Assembly: GCA_951812955.1 (NCBI GenBank)
Contig: OX638340.1
Location: 800,001 to 864,000 of the forward strand
Length of the DNA stretch: 64,000 nucleotides
Direction: 5' to 3'
From: an uncultured Gemmatimonadota bacterium
GTDB lineage: Bacteria; JAAXHH01
Positions 10,834-18,960 of this stretch are shown in pieces. The position numbers and the translations under genes were made by a program. Under the pieces are notes generated by a model. That model was given only the letters and a program-made list of their open reading frames with translations, did no database searches and was not told the origin of the DNA. Position 1 is the stretch's first letter. Every line of letters starts with the position of its first letter.

Positions 10834-11559
10834 TCAGATGACCATAGGCGTCTGCAGCACGGTTAGTCCCATGTCGATGTATTTTTCCCGCTTCGATGGG
10901 TCCAGAAGCGCCAGGCTGACCGCGACCGAAGTTCCCTCCATCTCCCGCGCCACGTGACGGACGCAGTCATCGACGGATCGGAAGAGTGGTCTATGGTAAC
11001 GTTCGATGTCGTACATCAGGTCATTGGGACCGAAGGTGAGGACGTCCACGCCGTCCAGGGCCAGTTGCCGGCAGTTGATGACGGCTTCGACCGACTCGAG
11101 TTGCAGCCATAGCACGCCGGTGTCGTTCCACCAGGCCGCGTATTCGAGACGGTCGGAACGATCGCGGATGCCATGACGCGCGCTCCCACCCCAGCTTCTT
11201 CCACCGAACTGAGGATAGTAGAAGAAGTGGACCGCTTCTTGCACGGTGGCTTCTTCCTTGACTTCGGGAACGAGGATGCCTGCGGGACCCAGATCCAGGT
11301 AATTTCCAATCAGGTAGGTGTGTCTCGTGTGCTTAATCCGAAGGATCACCGGAACGCCCAACTCCTCGGCCGAGGCACAGAACGAAACGATCCGGTCCTC
11401 GCTCTGGGGCCCATGCTGACAGTCGACATTGAAGAAATCGATCTCGCCCTCCCGTAGAAACCGCTCCAGGTCCTCCCTGCGGGAATCCATGGATACGCCC
11501 AGGCCGTTTACGATTTCACCGCTGCGGATGCGGTGTTTCAGCGAGATTGGCTCTACCAT
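10834..11559 (-). CDS. HpcH/HpaI-family aldolase (2-keto-3-deoxy-sugar-acid aldolase / citrate lyase beta-like)
   Basis: About 240 aa TIM-barrel pattern with ...VDCQHGP... and LTFGPNDL motifs typical of HpcH/HpaI aldolases. Confidence 0.7.
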   Translation of the reverse strand: MVEPISLKHRIRSGEIVNGLGVSMDSRREDLERFLREGEIDFFNVDCQHGPQSEDRIVSFCASAEELGVPVILRIKHTRHTYLIGNYLDLGPAGILVPEVKEEATVQEAVHFFYYPQFGGRSWGGSARHGIRDRSDRLEYAAWWNDTGVLWLQLESVEAVINCRQLALDGVDVLTFGPNDLMYDIERYHRPLFRSVDDCVRHVAREMEGTSVAVSLALLDPSKREKYIDMGLTVLQTPMVI

Positions 11560-11578
11560 TACGGGGATCTCCCTTTCG

Positions 11579-12322
11579 TTACACCTTCGTCAAAACCCTG
11601 AATTGGACCGGTAGTTCCACCCGGATTACCGTCGCCGGGTGGCGCAGCATGGTTCGTTCCAGGTGACGACGATCTGAAACCGACATATGCGCCTTGTCCC
11701 ACTTGTCTGCCCGGTACAGGTCGAAGGTCGCCAGACTGTCGTGGTAGTACCGAAATCTGATTACCTCGCGACAGTTCACGACAAATCTCTGGTCCCTCAC
11801 AGCTTCGGCCAACACCCGATCCGCGAAGTGAAAATCCACGTAGTCCCGGGCCAGCGTTCCCACGTGGATTTCCTCTTTCTCCACCTGGCAGAAGACCTGC
11901 TGGCGCGCATCACGACGGTTACCCTGGCTTACCGGAAAGTAGGGACGTATGTCTAAGACGCACCCGCCGGGGTTCAACACGCGAAATGCTTCGTGAAGGG
12001 CATGCCCCATGCCCTCTTGTTGTACTCATCACAACGACCAGGAAAACAGGGCGAGGTCGAAACTGCGGTCCTGAAAGGGCAGGCGGGACGCATCGGCCAC
12101 GGCGAACTTCGCCACGTCATCCAGCAATTTGCGGCCGTGGGCACGCCGCAGGTCCCGCTCCGACAGGTCGATTCCGACAATCGAATGAACCCAGTTCCTG
12201 ATTCGGTTCGACAGCCGGCCATCTCCGCAACCGATGTCGAGCACGCGTGCACCGGCGAATGGCACATGTCGCTTGAGCAACCGCATTTCCCGCCGTTCCG
12301 GATCGACCCTGACTCCCTTCAT
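11579..12322 (-). pseudogene. class I SAM-dependent methyltransferase interrupted by two consecutive in-frame TGA codons
   Basis: ORF 12029-12322 carries motif I VLDIGCGDG. ORF 11579-12010 in the same frame carries the post-I region EAFRVLNPGGCVL. They are separated only by TGA TGA (12031-12026), so the reading is ...FSWSL**VQQEGMGHALHEAF... Confidence 0.6.
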
Positions 12323-12336
12323 ACCGGCCTCCCATT

Positions 12337-13350
12337 TCAGCTATTGGAACCCAAACCTGCAGTGTCTTCGATTTCGACCCAGCCACCGGAGTCCTTCGAC
12401 TGCTCGATGGCGAGTCCCGTGAGATAGAGCTGTGCGGCCATTCTGCCATTTGTGCGGTTCGGTGTGCCATGCGCTACCGTATCCAGGAATTCGGCGACAC
12501 TCTCCGCCTCGCCGGGCCAACCGCCCACGACCGGCAGCGCGGGCTCTACGTGGATCACTTCGCCATCGGCATCGGACTTGCCGCGCACCTTTATCGTATT
12601 TCGGAAATAGTCGACGAGGAGATCACCTTCATCGCCGGTCACCTCGATTGTAGTCTCCATCTCGTCGACAGAGTTGATGTTCAGATGAATCGTGCCCCAG
12701 AGGCCGTCGTAGTCGAGATGAGCCAGGCTGAGGAACTGACGTCGGCCAGCCTGCCCATGGCCGTCCATGACGAGCACGCGGCTGGGCGACCGGCCCAGGA
12801 TGCTGTTCAGTCCGTCCACGTACCAGGGGCCCAGGTGGTGGGCGAGGCAGAGGTCTGGACCACCGAATCCCGCCCAGTTGCTCCGCAGTTTCAGGTGTGC
12901 AGTCTGCAGCGCGCCGATCGCTCCCTCCCGTAACAGCTCGGCGGCGCGATGCACGACTGTTGCAAAGCCAATCTCGAGGTCGCCATGGGTCACCTGGCCG
13001 GTGGTGACCAGGCGCTTCAGCATCTTGCGTATGCGTTCTGGGTCGGAGGCGAGCGGTGGTTCGTAATAGACGGCGATGCCGGAGTCGAGGACGGCGTTCA
13101 TGGCGGCTTCGTGGAAGGGATCCGGTATCGCAATCATGACGGCATCGAGCTCCGGACCGTCCAACAAGGCCTCGAATCCGCCGTAGACCCGTACATCCGA
13201 TCCCAGTTCCTCGCGGATTCGATGCTGTGATGCCTCGCTGAACGCCGCGGCGGACACGATACTGACCTGGTCGTGTTGCTTTAGTGCGGGCACGAAAGCC
13301 AGCCGGGTCCAACCGCCGTATCCGATCAGGCCGACGCGTATGCTGGACAT
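12337..13350 (-). CDS. Gfo/Idh/MocA-family oxidoreductase
   Basis: N-terminal VGLIGYGGW, ...DAVMIAIPDPFHEAAMNAVLDSG.... Confidence 0.8.
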   Translation of the reverse strand: MSSIRVGLIGYGGWTRLAFVPALKQHDQVSIVSAAAFSEASQHRIREELGSDVRVYGGFEALLDGPELDAVMIAIPDPFHEAAMNAVLDSGIAVYYEPPLASDPERIRKMLKRLVTTGQVTHGDLEIGFATVVHRAAELLREGAIGALQTAHLKLRSNWAGFGGPDLCLAHHLGPWYVDGLNSILGRSPSRVLVMDGHGQAGRRQFLSLAHLDYDGLWGTIHLNINSVDEMETTIEVTGDEGDLLVDYFRNTIKVRGKSDADGEVIHVEPALPVVGGWPGEAESVAEFLDTVAHGTPNRTNGRMAAQLYLTGLAIEQSKDSGGWVEIEDTAGLGSNS

Positions 13351-13554
13351 GGTACGCCTTTCTGGATCTTACATATCATTTCATTGCAGGCAGGTATCGA
13401 CGTATATTACGACAATGAAAACCGCGGGGTATCGGTATGGCAAGAATTATGTAATTCAGTTTATCCCGGATGGTTTTGGAAATCGAGCGGCGGCCGCATC
13501 AGATCCGGCTTGCTCTTTTTCCGGCGAGTCCTGGTCCGAGGATGGAGTATCCAG

Positions 13555-14325
13555 TTGAAAAGATTGCGCACGCTCATGTTTATATCCATGTATCTGACGG
13601 CAGGACAAGCCCTGGCCCAGGTCAACATCGAGGCGTTGCGCCGGGACGCGGGTTCCACCGGTTTATCTGGCGCCCTGTCCATGAACCTGGAGATGCATAC
13701 GGGCAATACGGACCTGAAGGAAATCGGACTGGAAGGACGGATGGACTACAATCACCCCAGGGTGAACACGTTTATTCTGGCCCGAAATGACTTCGGATGG
13801 GAACAGGGCGAGCGTTTTGCCGATGAAGGGCTGATTCACCTGCGGCAGCACTATCCCCTGCATGGGCGGATCGGCATCGAAGCTTTCACCCAGTATAACT
13901 ATGATACGACCTATCGGCTCGACACCCGCGTACTGGCTGGAGGGGGATTCCGCTTCCACCTGATCGAATCCGATGCGTTCCGGCTATGGGAAGGAGCGTC
14001 CGCTTTTCTGGAGCACGAACGGCTGAGTGAGCTTTCTGACCGTGACGATCATCCTGAGAAAACATCCGTAGTTCGCTGGAATCATTACCTGTCCTCCCGG
14101 ATCGCCGTCAATGACCGGGTGGCCACCACGTGCACGGTGTATTTCCAGCCCCTGTGGAACGCGATCGGCGACACCCGCGTCCTTGGAGAACTCAACCTGG
14201 AGATCGACCTGGCGGGGCCGCTCGTGCTGACCCTTAACTTCGTCACGCGCTATGACAGCCGCCCGCCGGAAGGCGTCGACAAGCTGGATACCGTGCTGGA
14301 GAACGGGCTGGCCGTTACGTTTTAG
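13555..14325 (+). CDS. DUF481-like outer-membrane beta-barrel protein
   Basis: Signal peptide (L)KRLRTLMFISMYLTAGQALAQ, then an alternating beta-strand pattern ending in aromatic ...LAVTF. Start uncertain: TTG 13555 or ATG 13576. Confidence 0.55.
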   Translation: MKRLRTLMFISMYLTAGQALAQVNIEALRRDAGSTGLSGALSMNLEMHTGNTDLKEIGLEGRMDYNHPRVNTFILARNDFGWEQGERFADEGLIHLRQHYPLHGRIGIEAFTQYNYDTTYRLDTRVLAGGGFRFHLIESDAFRLWEGASAFLEHERLSELSDRDDHPEKTSVVRWNHYLSSRIAVNDRVATTCTVYFQPLWNAIGDTRVLGELNLEIDLAGPLVLTLNFVTRYDSRPPEGVDKLDTVLENGLAVTF

Positions 14326-14537
14326 TCTGTGACTGACTTCCGCCCACGCCAGGTAGTTTCAGCAGTGGATTACCTGAGGCAGAAACAGGTGTTCTTGCGT
14401 TGAACTGAAACTATCGCACTTTGGTATTTCTTGCTTTTCACCTGCGCTATGCGTCCGGTTCCGGATTCAGGCAACTCTAACGGCCTTTCCAATATGCTCG
14501 ATCCAAGCAGGTTTCCAGGCTGACCCGGCTCGTCCAT

Positions 14538-15390
14538 ATGGCCATGGCCGTACCGGATCTGGCACTCTGTACCGACTTCTACGGCAGGGCTCTGGGACTT
14601 CCGCAGTCAGGTGAAGGTGTCGACAGTCACGGGCATGCATTTCAAAAATACCGGATCGGTCCAACGGATCTCATTCTGTCGGAAGATCCCGCTGCCCTTC
14701 CGTACGCGAAATTGGCCGGCAATGCTCGCACCGAAGTCGATCATTTCGCGTTATACGTTGAGGATGTAGCCGCCGTCTTCGAAAACCTGAGGAGCCGGGG
14801 GATATCGTTTCGGGACAAACCGCACGCCACCGAACTGGGACACCGCAACATGCAGCGGTCCCTTGTATCGTTCGAGGGACCCCTTCGGCTTTACGTTACA
14901 GCTGTCCCAGACGGTCGATCCCCGTCCCCGGCTCGCGTCGAGAATCGAAGCCAAGAAAGCCATGGCCTGCATTACCGGTCAGACTGCCGCGCCCAGTCCA
15001 TTCGGCGGAATAGATCACGTTTCAAGCTACTGTACCGATTTCACGGCCAATCGCGCGTTGTACCGGGATATCCTCGGTCTCGACGAATTCTTCTACAGCA
15101 CGACGCGGGAAGAAGGCGCGACAGTTGGTACGGGATTCGAACAGGGGGCGTTCGCGGTCGGGGGTACGGACATTGAACTGGCATCGGACGACGAGTGGCG
15201 GCATCTTGCCCATGGACCTGTTCGCGGGCTGGGACTTCTATCAGACCAGATCGATCGTGCACGCGCGTCCTTGCGAGCCCAGGGCGTGCCCTTTGAAGAA
15301 CGCGCCAGCGACGGGGCACTGTACTATCCCGGTCGATCCAGTCTGACATTTAACAGTCCGGACGGTATGCAACTGCACATCGTGGGATAA
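14538..15390 (+). pseudogene. two-domain VOC (glyoxalase/bleomycin-resistance/dioxygenase fold) protein with an apparent +1 frameshift near 14850-14880
   Basis: Domain 1 lies in frame of 14538 (MAMAVPDLALCTDFYGRALGL...HFALYVEDV...). The end of domain 1 (RDPFGFTLQLSQ) and all of domain 2 (GIDHVSSYCTDFTANRALYRDILGL...DGMQLHIV) lie in the frame of ORF 14863-15390. This may be a genuine frameshift or a sequencing error. Confidence 0.5.
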
Positions 15391-15491
15391 TCCGGCTGCA
15401 CATCGCAAGCGCGTGCGAATCTTACAGAATGCGAGCCCGCAGGCTAAAGATCCAGTCAGGGCGGACTGGTATTTTCAAGGAGTATACGTAT

Positions 15492-16244
15492 ATGAAATTT
15501 AACAGCCGACTGAAGGAAGACTTCGACCGTGACGGATTCGTACTGGTGGAGGGTTATCTCTCCGCGGGAGAAGCGGGAGAAATAAACGACAATATCCAGC
15601 GCTTCATCGACGAAGTGCTGCCGAAATCGCCGGACACGACGGCCTTTTACGAGGACATGGACGATCCCGCGTCGATCAAGCGACTGCAAAACATGGCCGA
15701 CCTGGATCCTTATTTCGGGGAACTGTTTCAGTCCGATCGGTTCACCGAACTGTCTGGATTCCTGCTCGCGGACGAAGTGGTTCCCAAGAGCCCGCAATGG
15801 TTCAACAAACCTGCCCGGGTTGGCACGGTCACCCCGCCCCACCAGGATGGCTTCTACTTCATGCTGGAACCCAACGAGGCCATCACCCTATGGCTCGCGC
15901 TTGACTACATCGACGAGGAGAACGGTTGCATGCGCTACGTGCGGGGATCGCACAGGCGCGGCATGCGGCCTCATCGCTCGTCCAACGTTCTCGGCTTCTC
16001 ACAGGGGGTTTCGGATTACACAGATGAGGACCGGGACCGGGAAGTGGCCATGTGCGCCAAACCGGGTGACCTGTTCGCACACCACAGCATGGTCATACAC
16101 CGGGCGGACGCAAACCAGTCCGATCGCCGCCGCGCGGCCCTGGGCCTTGTTTACTTCGCGGCCCGGGCCAGGAAGGACGAGGAAAAGGCGGAACGCTACA
16201 GAAAAGAGCTCTTCGCCCGATGGGAGAAGGAAGGCAAGATCTAG
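15492..16244 (+). CDS. phytanoyl-CoA dioxygenase (PhyH) family Fe(II)/2-oxoglutarate oxygenase
   Basis: HxD facial triad HQDGFY, distal His HHSMVIHRADAN, and RYVRGSH. RBS AAGGAG 10 nt upstream of ATG 15492. Confidence 0.75.
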   Translation: MKFNSRLKEDFDRDGFVLVEGYLSAGEAGEINDNIQRFIDEVLPKSPDTTAFYEDMDDPASIKRLQNMADLDPYFGELFQSDRFTELSGFLLADEVVPKSPQWFNKPARVGTVTPPHQDGFYFMLEPNEAITLWLALDYIDEENGCMRYVRGSHRRGMRPHRSSNVLGFSQGVSDYTDEDRDREVAMCAKPGDLFAHHSMVIHRADANQSDRRRAALGLVYFAARARKDEEKAERYRKELFARWEKEGKI

Positions 16245-16251
16245 CGGCGAT

Positions 16252-16752
16252 TCAAGCCTGCCGATCAGCCTCGCGATCCTCCGCAAGCTGCACACCCCAC
16301 AGGTGCATGGTATTGACCGGCTTGCCCTGTAGTTTCAAATAGTAGAACAGCTGCGCTTTGTGCAGGGCAAGATGTTGTACCATCTCCATCATGCGATGGC
16401 CAAGCACGGGCGATGTCGGGTCCCACGGTGCGGGGGCGGGTTCATTCTGCATTCTTTCCTCGCCGGCAAGCCTGAGCATTTCAAAAGCCAGGTCCCGGTC
16501 CGCCGCGAGTTTTTCCTTTGCTTCCGCTACCGAGGCGACGGTAGACATCGCTTCAGCCGGGGGCAGCATGTCACCCGATCCCATGTCGTCCACGCTCACG
16601 CCTTCAGGCAGACCGAAGTCTCCGGTGACGAATCCCTTGATCGCCATTCCGCAGGATTCGGCCACATGATAAAGCAGCTGGCCGGTTGTCATCCAGTTGT
16701 CGCCCGACGATGGTTTCCAGTCGAGATCTTTGTCCTCGACTAGATCCATCAA
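16252..16752 (-). CDS. DinB/YfiT-like (DinB_2 superfamily) four-helix-bundle protein
   Basis: About 165 aa with His-rich helices (LYHVAESCG; MVQHLALHKAQL) typical of DinB-family metal-binding proteins. Moderate confidence. Confidence 0.45.
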   Translation of the reverse strand: MMDLVEDKDLDWKPSSGDNWMTTGQLLYHVAESCGMAIKGFVTGDFGLPEGVSVDDMGSGDMLPPAEAMSTVASVAEAKEKLAADRDLAFEMLRLAGEERMQNEPAPAPWDPTSPVLGHRMMEMVQHLALHKAQLFYYLKLQGKPVNTMHLWGVQLAEDREADRQA

Positions 16753-16850
16753 TCCATCTGCCGCCTGGTACGTGTATTTCAGTTCATGGGTTAGTATGTC
16801 GGTCCAGTTAATGCTTGCTCCATTTCTCTACATCTCTGCGCCTTGAGGTG

Positions 16851-17267
16851 TTAATCGTTCTCGCCGGAACTACTCTCCCAATTTCCTTCATCCAGTTCTA
16901 CAAGCATGATATAGTTACCGCAGGTATCGTCGAAAATGGCCTGGATGCCGAAGTCCTGTTTCGTGGGTTCCGCGCTGAATCGGACGCCCAGTTTCTTCAG
17001 ACGTTCGTATTCGGAAGCGATATCGTCCACGGAGAACACGATGTAGGGCATTCCAGCATCATAGACCTCCTGGTGAAACACCTTGGCCCACTCGGTACCC
17101 TTCGGCTCGAGCAGAAGGCTGGTGCCATCCGGTTCTTCGGGAGAGGCTACGATGGCAAGGTCGGCATCGGGCACATACATCACTTCTACAAAACCAAGAA
17201 CCGTTGTATAAAACTTGTGCGCCTCGTGGGGATCGTTAACCATGATTCCCGTCATCTCGATTCGCAT
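16851..17267 (-). CDS. VOC-family protein (glyoxalase/bleomycin resistance fold)
   Basis: N-terminal ...IMVNDPHEAHKFYTTVLGF and C-terminal ...DTCGNYIMLVE, a typical VOC beta-alpha-beta-beta-beta module. Confidence 0.7.
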   Translation of the reverse strand: MRIEMTGIMVNDPHEAHKFYTTVLGFVEVMYVPDADLAIVASPEEPDGTSLLLEPKGTEWAKVFHQEVYDAGMPYIVFSVDDIASEYERLKKLGVRFSAEPTKQDFGIQAIFDDTCGNYIMLVELDEGNWESSSGEND

Positions 17268-17416
17268 TGTTCACTCCTCCTTTGATTCTGCTTTTCCGGT
17301 ACCTCTGGCGATTATCGTCTGGTTGTGTGGCGAAAATCCTGGCTAATGTACAAACCTGGCATGCAGCGCGCCACGGTTTTCGACCAGGAATTCATCTTGG
17401 CATAACGGTCGGAATG

Positions 17417-17445
17417 TTGACAGGCCATAGACCGCCGTCTACATT
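17417..17445 (+). promoter_or_regulatory. sigma70-like promoter upstream of the BNR gene, with adjacent palindrome CTGATAATCAG (17464-17474)
   Basis: TTGACA (17417-22), 17 nt spacer, TACATT (17440-45). A perfect 5-1-5 palindrome follows about 20 nt downstream and is a candidate operator. Confidence 0.4.
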
Positions 17446-17537
17446 GTCAGTCGGTTGTCTGTGCTGATAATCAGTCGGTAGTTCCGTGATTTTAGCCATT
17501 GGACTGGTAAGACTGGCGAAGACACAAAGGAGCGAAT

Positions 17538-18653
17538 ATGGGCAGGGTCAGGGTGCTGGTAGGCACTCGTAAAGGGGCGTTTATCCTCTCAGCGGATGGG
17601 AACCGTAGAGACTGGGAAATCGACGGGCCTCATTTTGGAGGTTGGGAGGTCTATCACATCAATGGATCCAGGGTCAATCCTGATCGCCTTTACGCAGCCC
17701 AGGCCACCGGCTGGTTCGGCCAGTTGGTGCAGAAATCGGACGACGGGGGTAAAAGCTGGAACCCGGTGAGCAACAAATTCGCCTTCGAGGGAGAGGTGGG
17801 CACTCACCTTGATTTCGACGACACCCCCCGTCCCTGGGGATTCAAGCGGGTCTGGCACTTCGAATCTTCGCTTTCCGATCCGGACACCGTGTACGCGGGC
17901 GTCGAGGACGCGGCGCTCTTCCGCTCGACGGACGGGGGCCAGTCCTGGCTGGAACTCGCCGGCCTGAGAAACCACCCGTCTAGCACGGGCTGGCATCCCG
18001 GTGCGGGCGGCCTTTGCCTGCACACCATTCTACTGGACCGGGGCGACCCGAATCGGTTGATCGTAGCTATTTCCGTGGCCGGTGCCTTCCGTTCCCTGGA
18101 CGGCGGCTTTTCCTGGCAACCGATCAACCAGGGCCTGCATTCCGACTACATGCCTGAACCCGATGCCGAGGTGGGTCACTGCGTCCATCGGCTCGCGATG
18201 CATCCAATCCGACCGGACTTGCTGTTCATGCAGAGCCACAGGAACATCATGCGCAGCGACAACGGGGGAGATTCCTGGAGCAATGTGAGCGGCAACCTGC
18301 CCAGCGATTTCGGATTCCCGATCAGTGTGCACGCCCACGAACCCGAAACGGTCTATGTCGTCCCGATGAAGAGCGATTCCGAGCACTATCCGGATGAAGG
18401 CCACCTGCGCGTCTACCGGAGCCGGACCGGCGGTAACGAATGGGAGCCGCTGTCGTCCGGACTGCCGCAGAAAGACTGCTACGTCAATGTCCTCAGGGAT
18501 GCCATGGACGTGGATACGCTCGATGACTGCGGGGTATACTTTGGAACTTCCGGGGGAGCGGTCTACGTTTCCCCAGACGGTGGAGATCACTGGACGGCCA
18601 TCACGCAGAATCTGCCTCCGGTGATGTCCGTCCAGGTCCAGACGCTCCCATGA
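17538..18653 (+). CDS. BNR/Asp-box repeat beta-propeller protein (Ycf48/sialidase-like fold)
   Basis: Five SxDxGxxW Asp-box motifs: [40 protein letters not shown]. Confidence 0.75.
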   Translation: MGRVRVLVGTRKGAFILSADGNRRDWEIDGPHFGGWEVYHINGSRVNPDRLYAAQATGWFGQLVQKSDDGGKSWNPVSNKFAFEGEVGTHLDFDDTPRPWGFKRVWHFESSLSDPDTVYAGVEDAALFRSTDGGQSWLELAGLRNHPSSTGWHPGAGGLCLHTILLDRGDPNRLIVAISVAGAFRSLDGGFSWQPINQGLHSDYMPEPDAEVGHCVHRLAMHPIRPDLLFMQSHRNIMRSDNGGDSWSNVSGNLPSDFGFPISVHAHEPETVYVVPMKSDSEHYPDEGHLRVYRSRTGGNEWEPLSSGLPQKDCYVNVLRDAMDVDTLDDCGVYFGTSGGAVYVSPDGGDHWTAITQNLPPVMSVQVQTLP

Positions 18654-18952
18654 TACGCGTCGTTCTGCCCCATCACCTGCGGAACCTGGCGGGATGCCGG
18701 GACAGGGAAGTCATCCTGCAGGTCGCCGGCGGGATCGTGACCCAGCGCAAGATCCTGGACGCGCTCGAAGCACGCTTTCCCCAACTCGGCGGTACGGTCC
18801 GGGACTACGAGACCGGTGCTCGCCGGCCTCTTGTGCGGTTTTTCGGCTGCGGAATGGACCTCTCCCTCGAATCACCCGACGCACCGGTGCCCGACACCAT
18901 TTCACGGGGCGAGGAGCCCTACCGGATCGTGGGTTCGGTCGCCGGGGGGTAG
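18650..18952 (+). CDS. MoaD/ThiS/CysO-like ubiquitin-fold sulfur-carrier protein ending in Gly-Gly
   Basis: 100 aa, [15 protein letters not shown]...[12 protein letters not shown]...IVGSVAGG*. C-terminal AGG and overall pattern resemble CysO/MoaD. ATGA start/stop overlap with the upstream BNR gene. Confidence 0.55.
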   Translation: MIRVVLPHHLRNLAGCRDREVILQVAGGIVTQRKILDALEARFPQLGGTVRDYETGARRPLVRFFGCGMDLSLESPDAPVPDTISRGEEPYRIVGSVAGG

Positions 18953-18960
18953 CCCTGGCC

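Noticed and set aside
12026-12031. Tandem UGA-UGA in the methyltransferase as two selenocysteines
   Set aside because: There is no SECIS-like structure downstream, no precedent for adjacent Sec residues in such enzymes, and the replaced positions are ordinary helix residues. A pseudogene or assembly error is more parsimonious.
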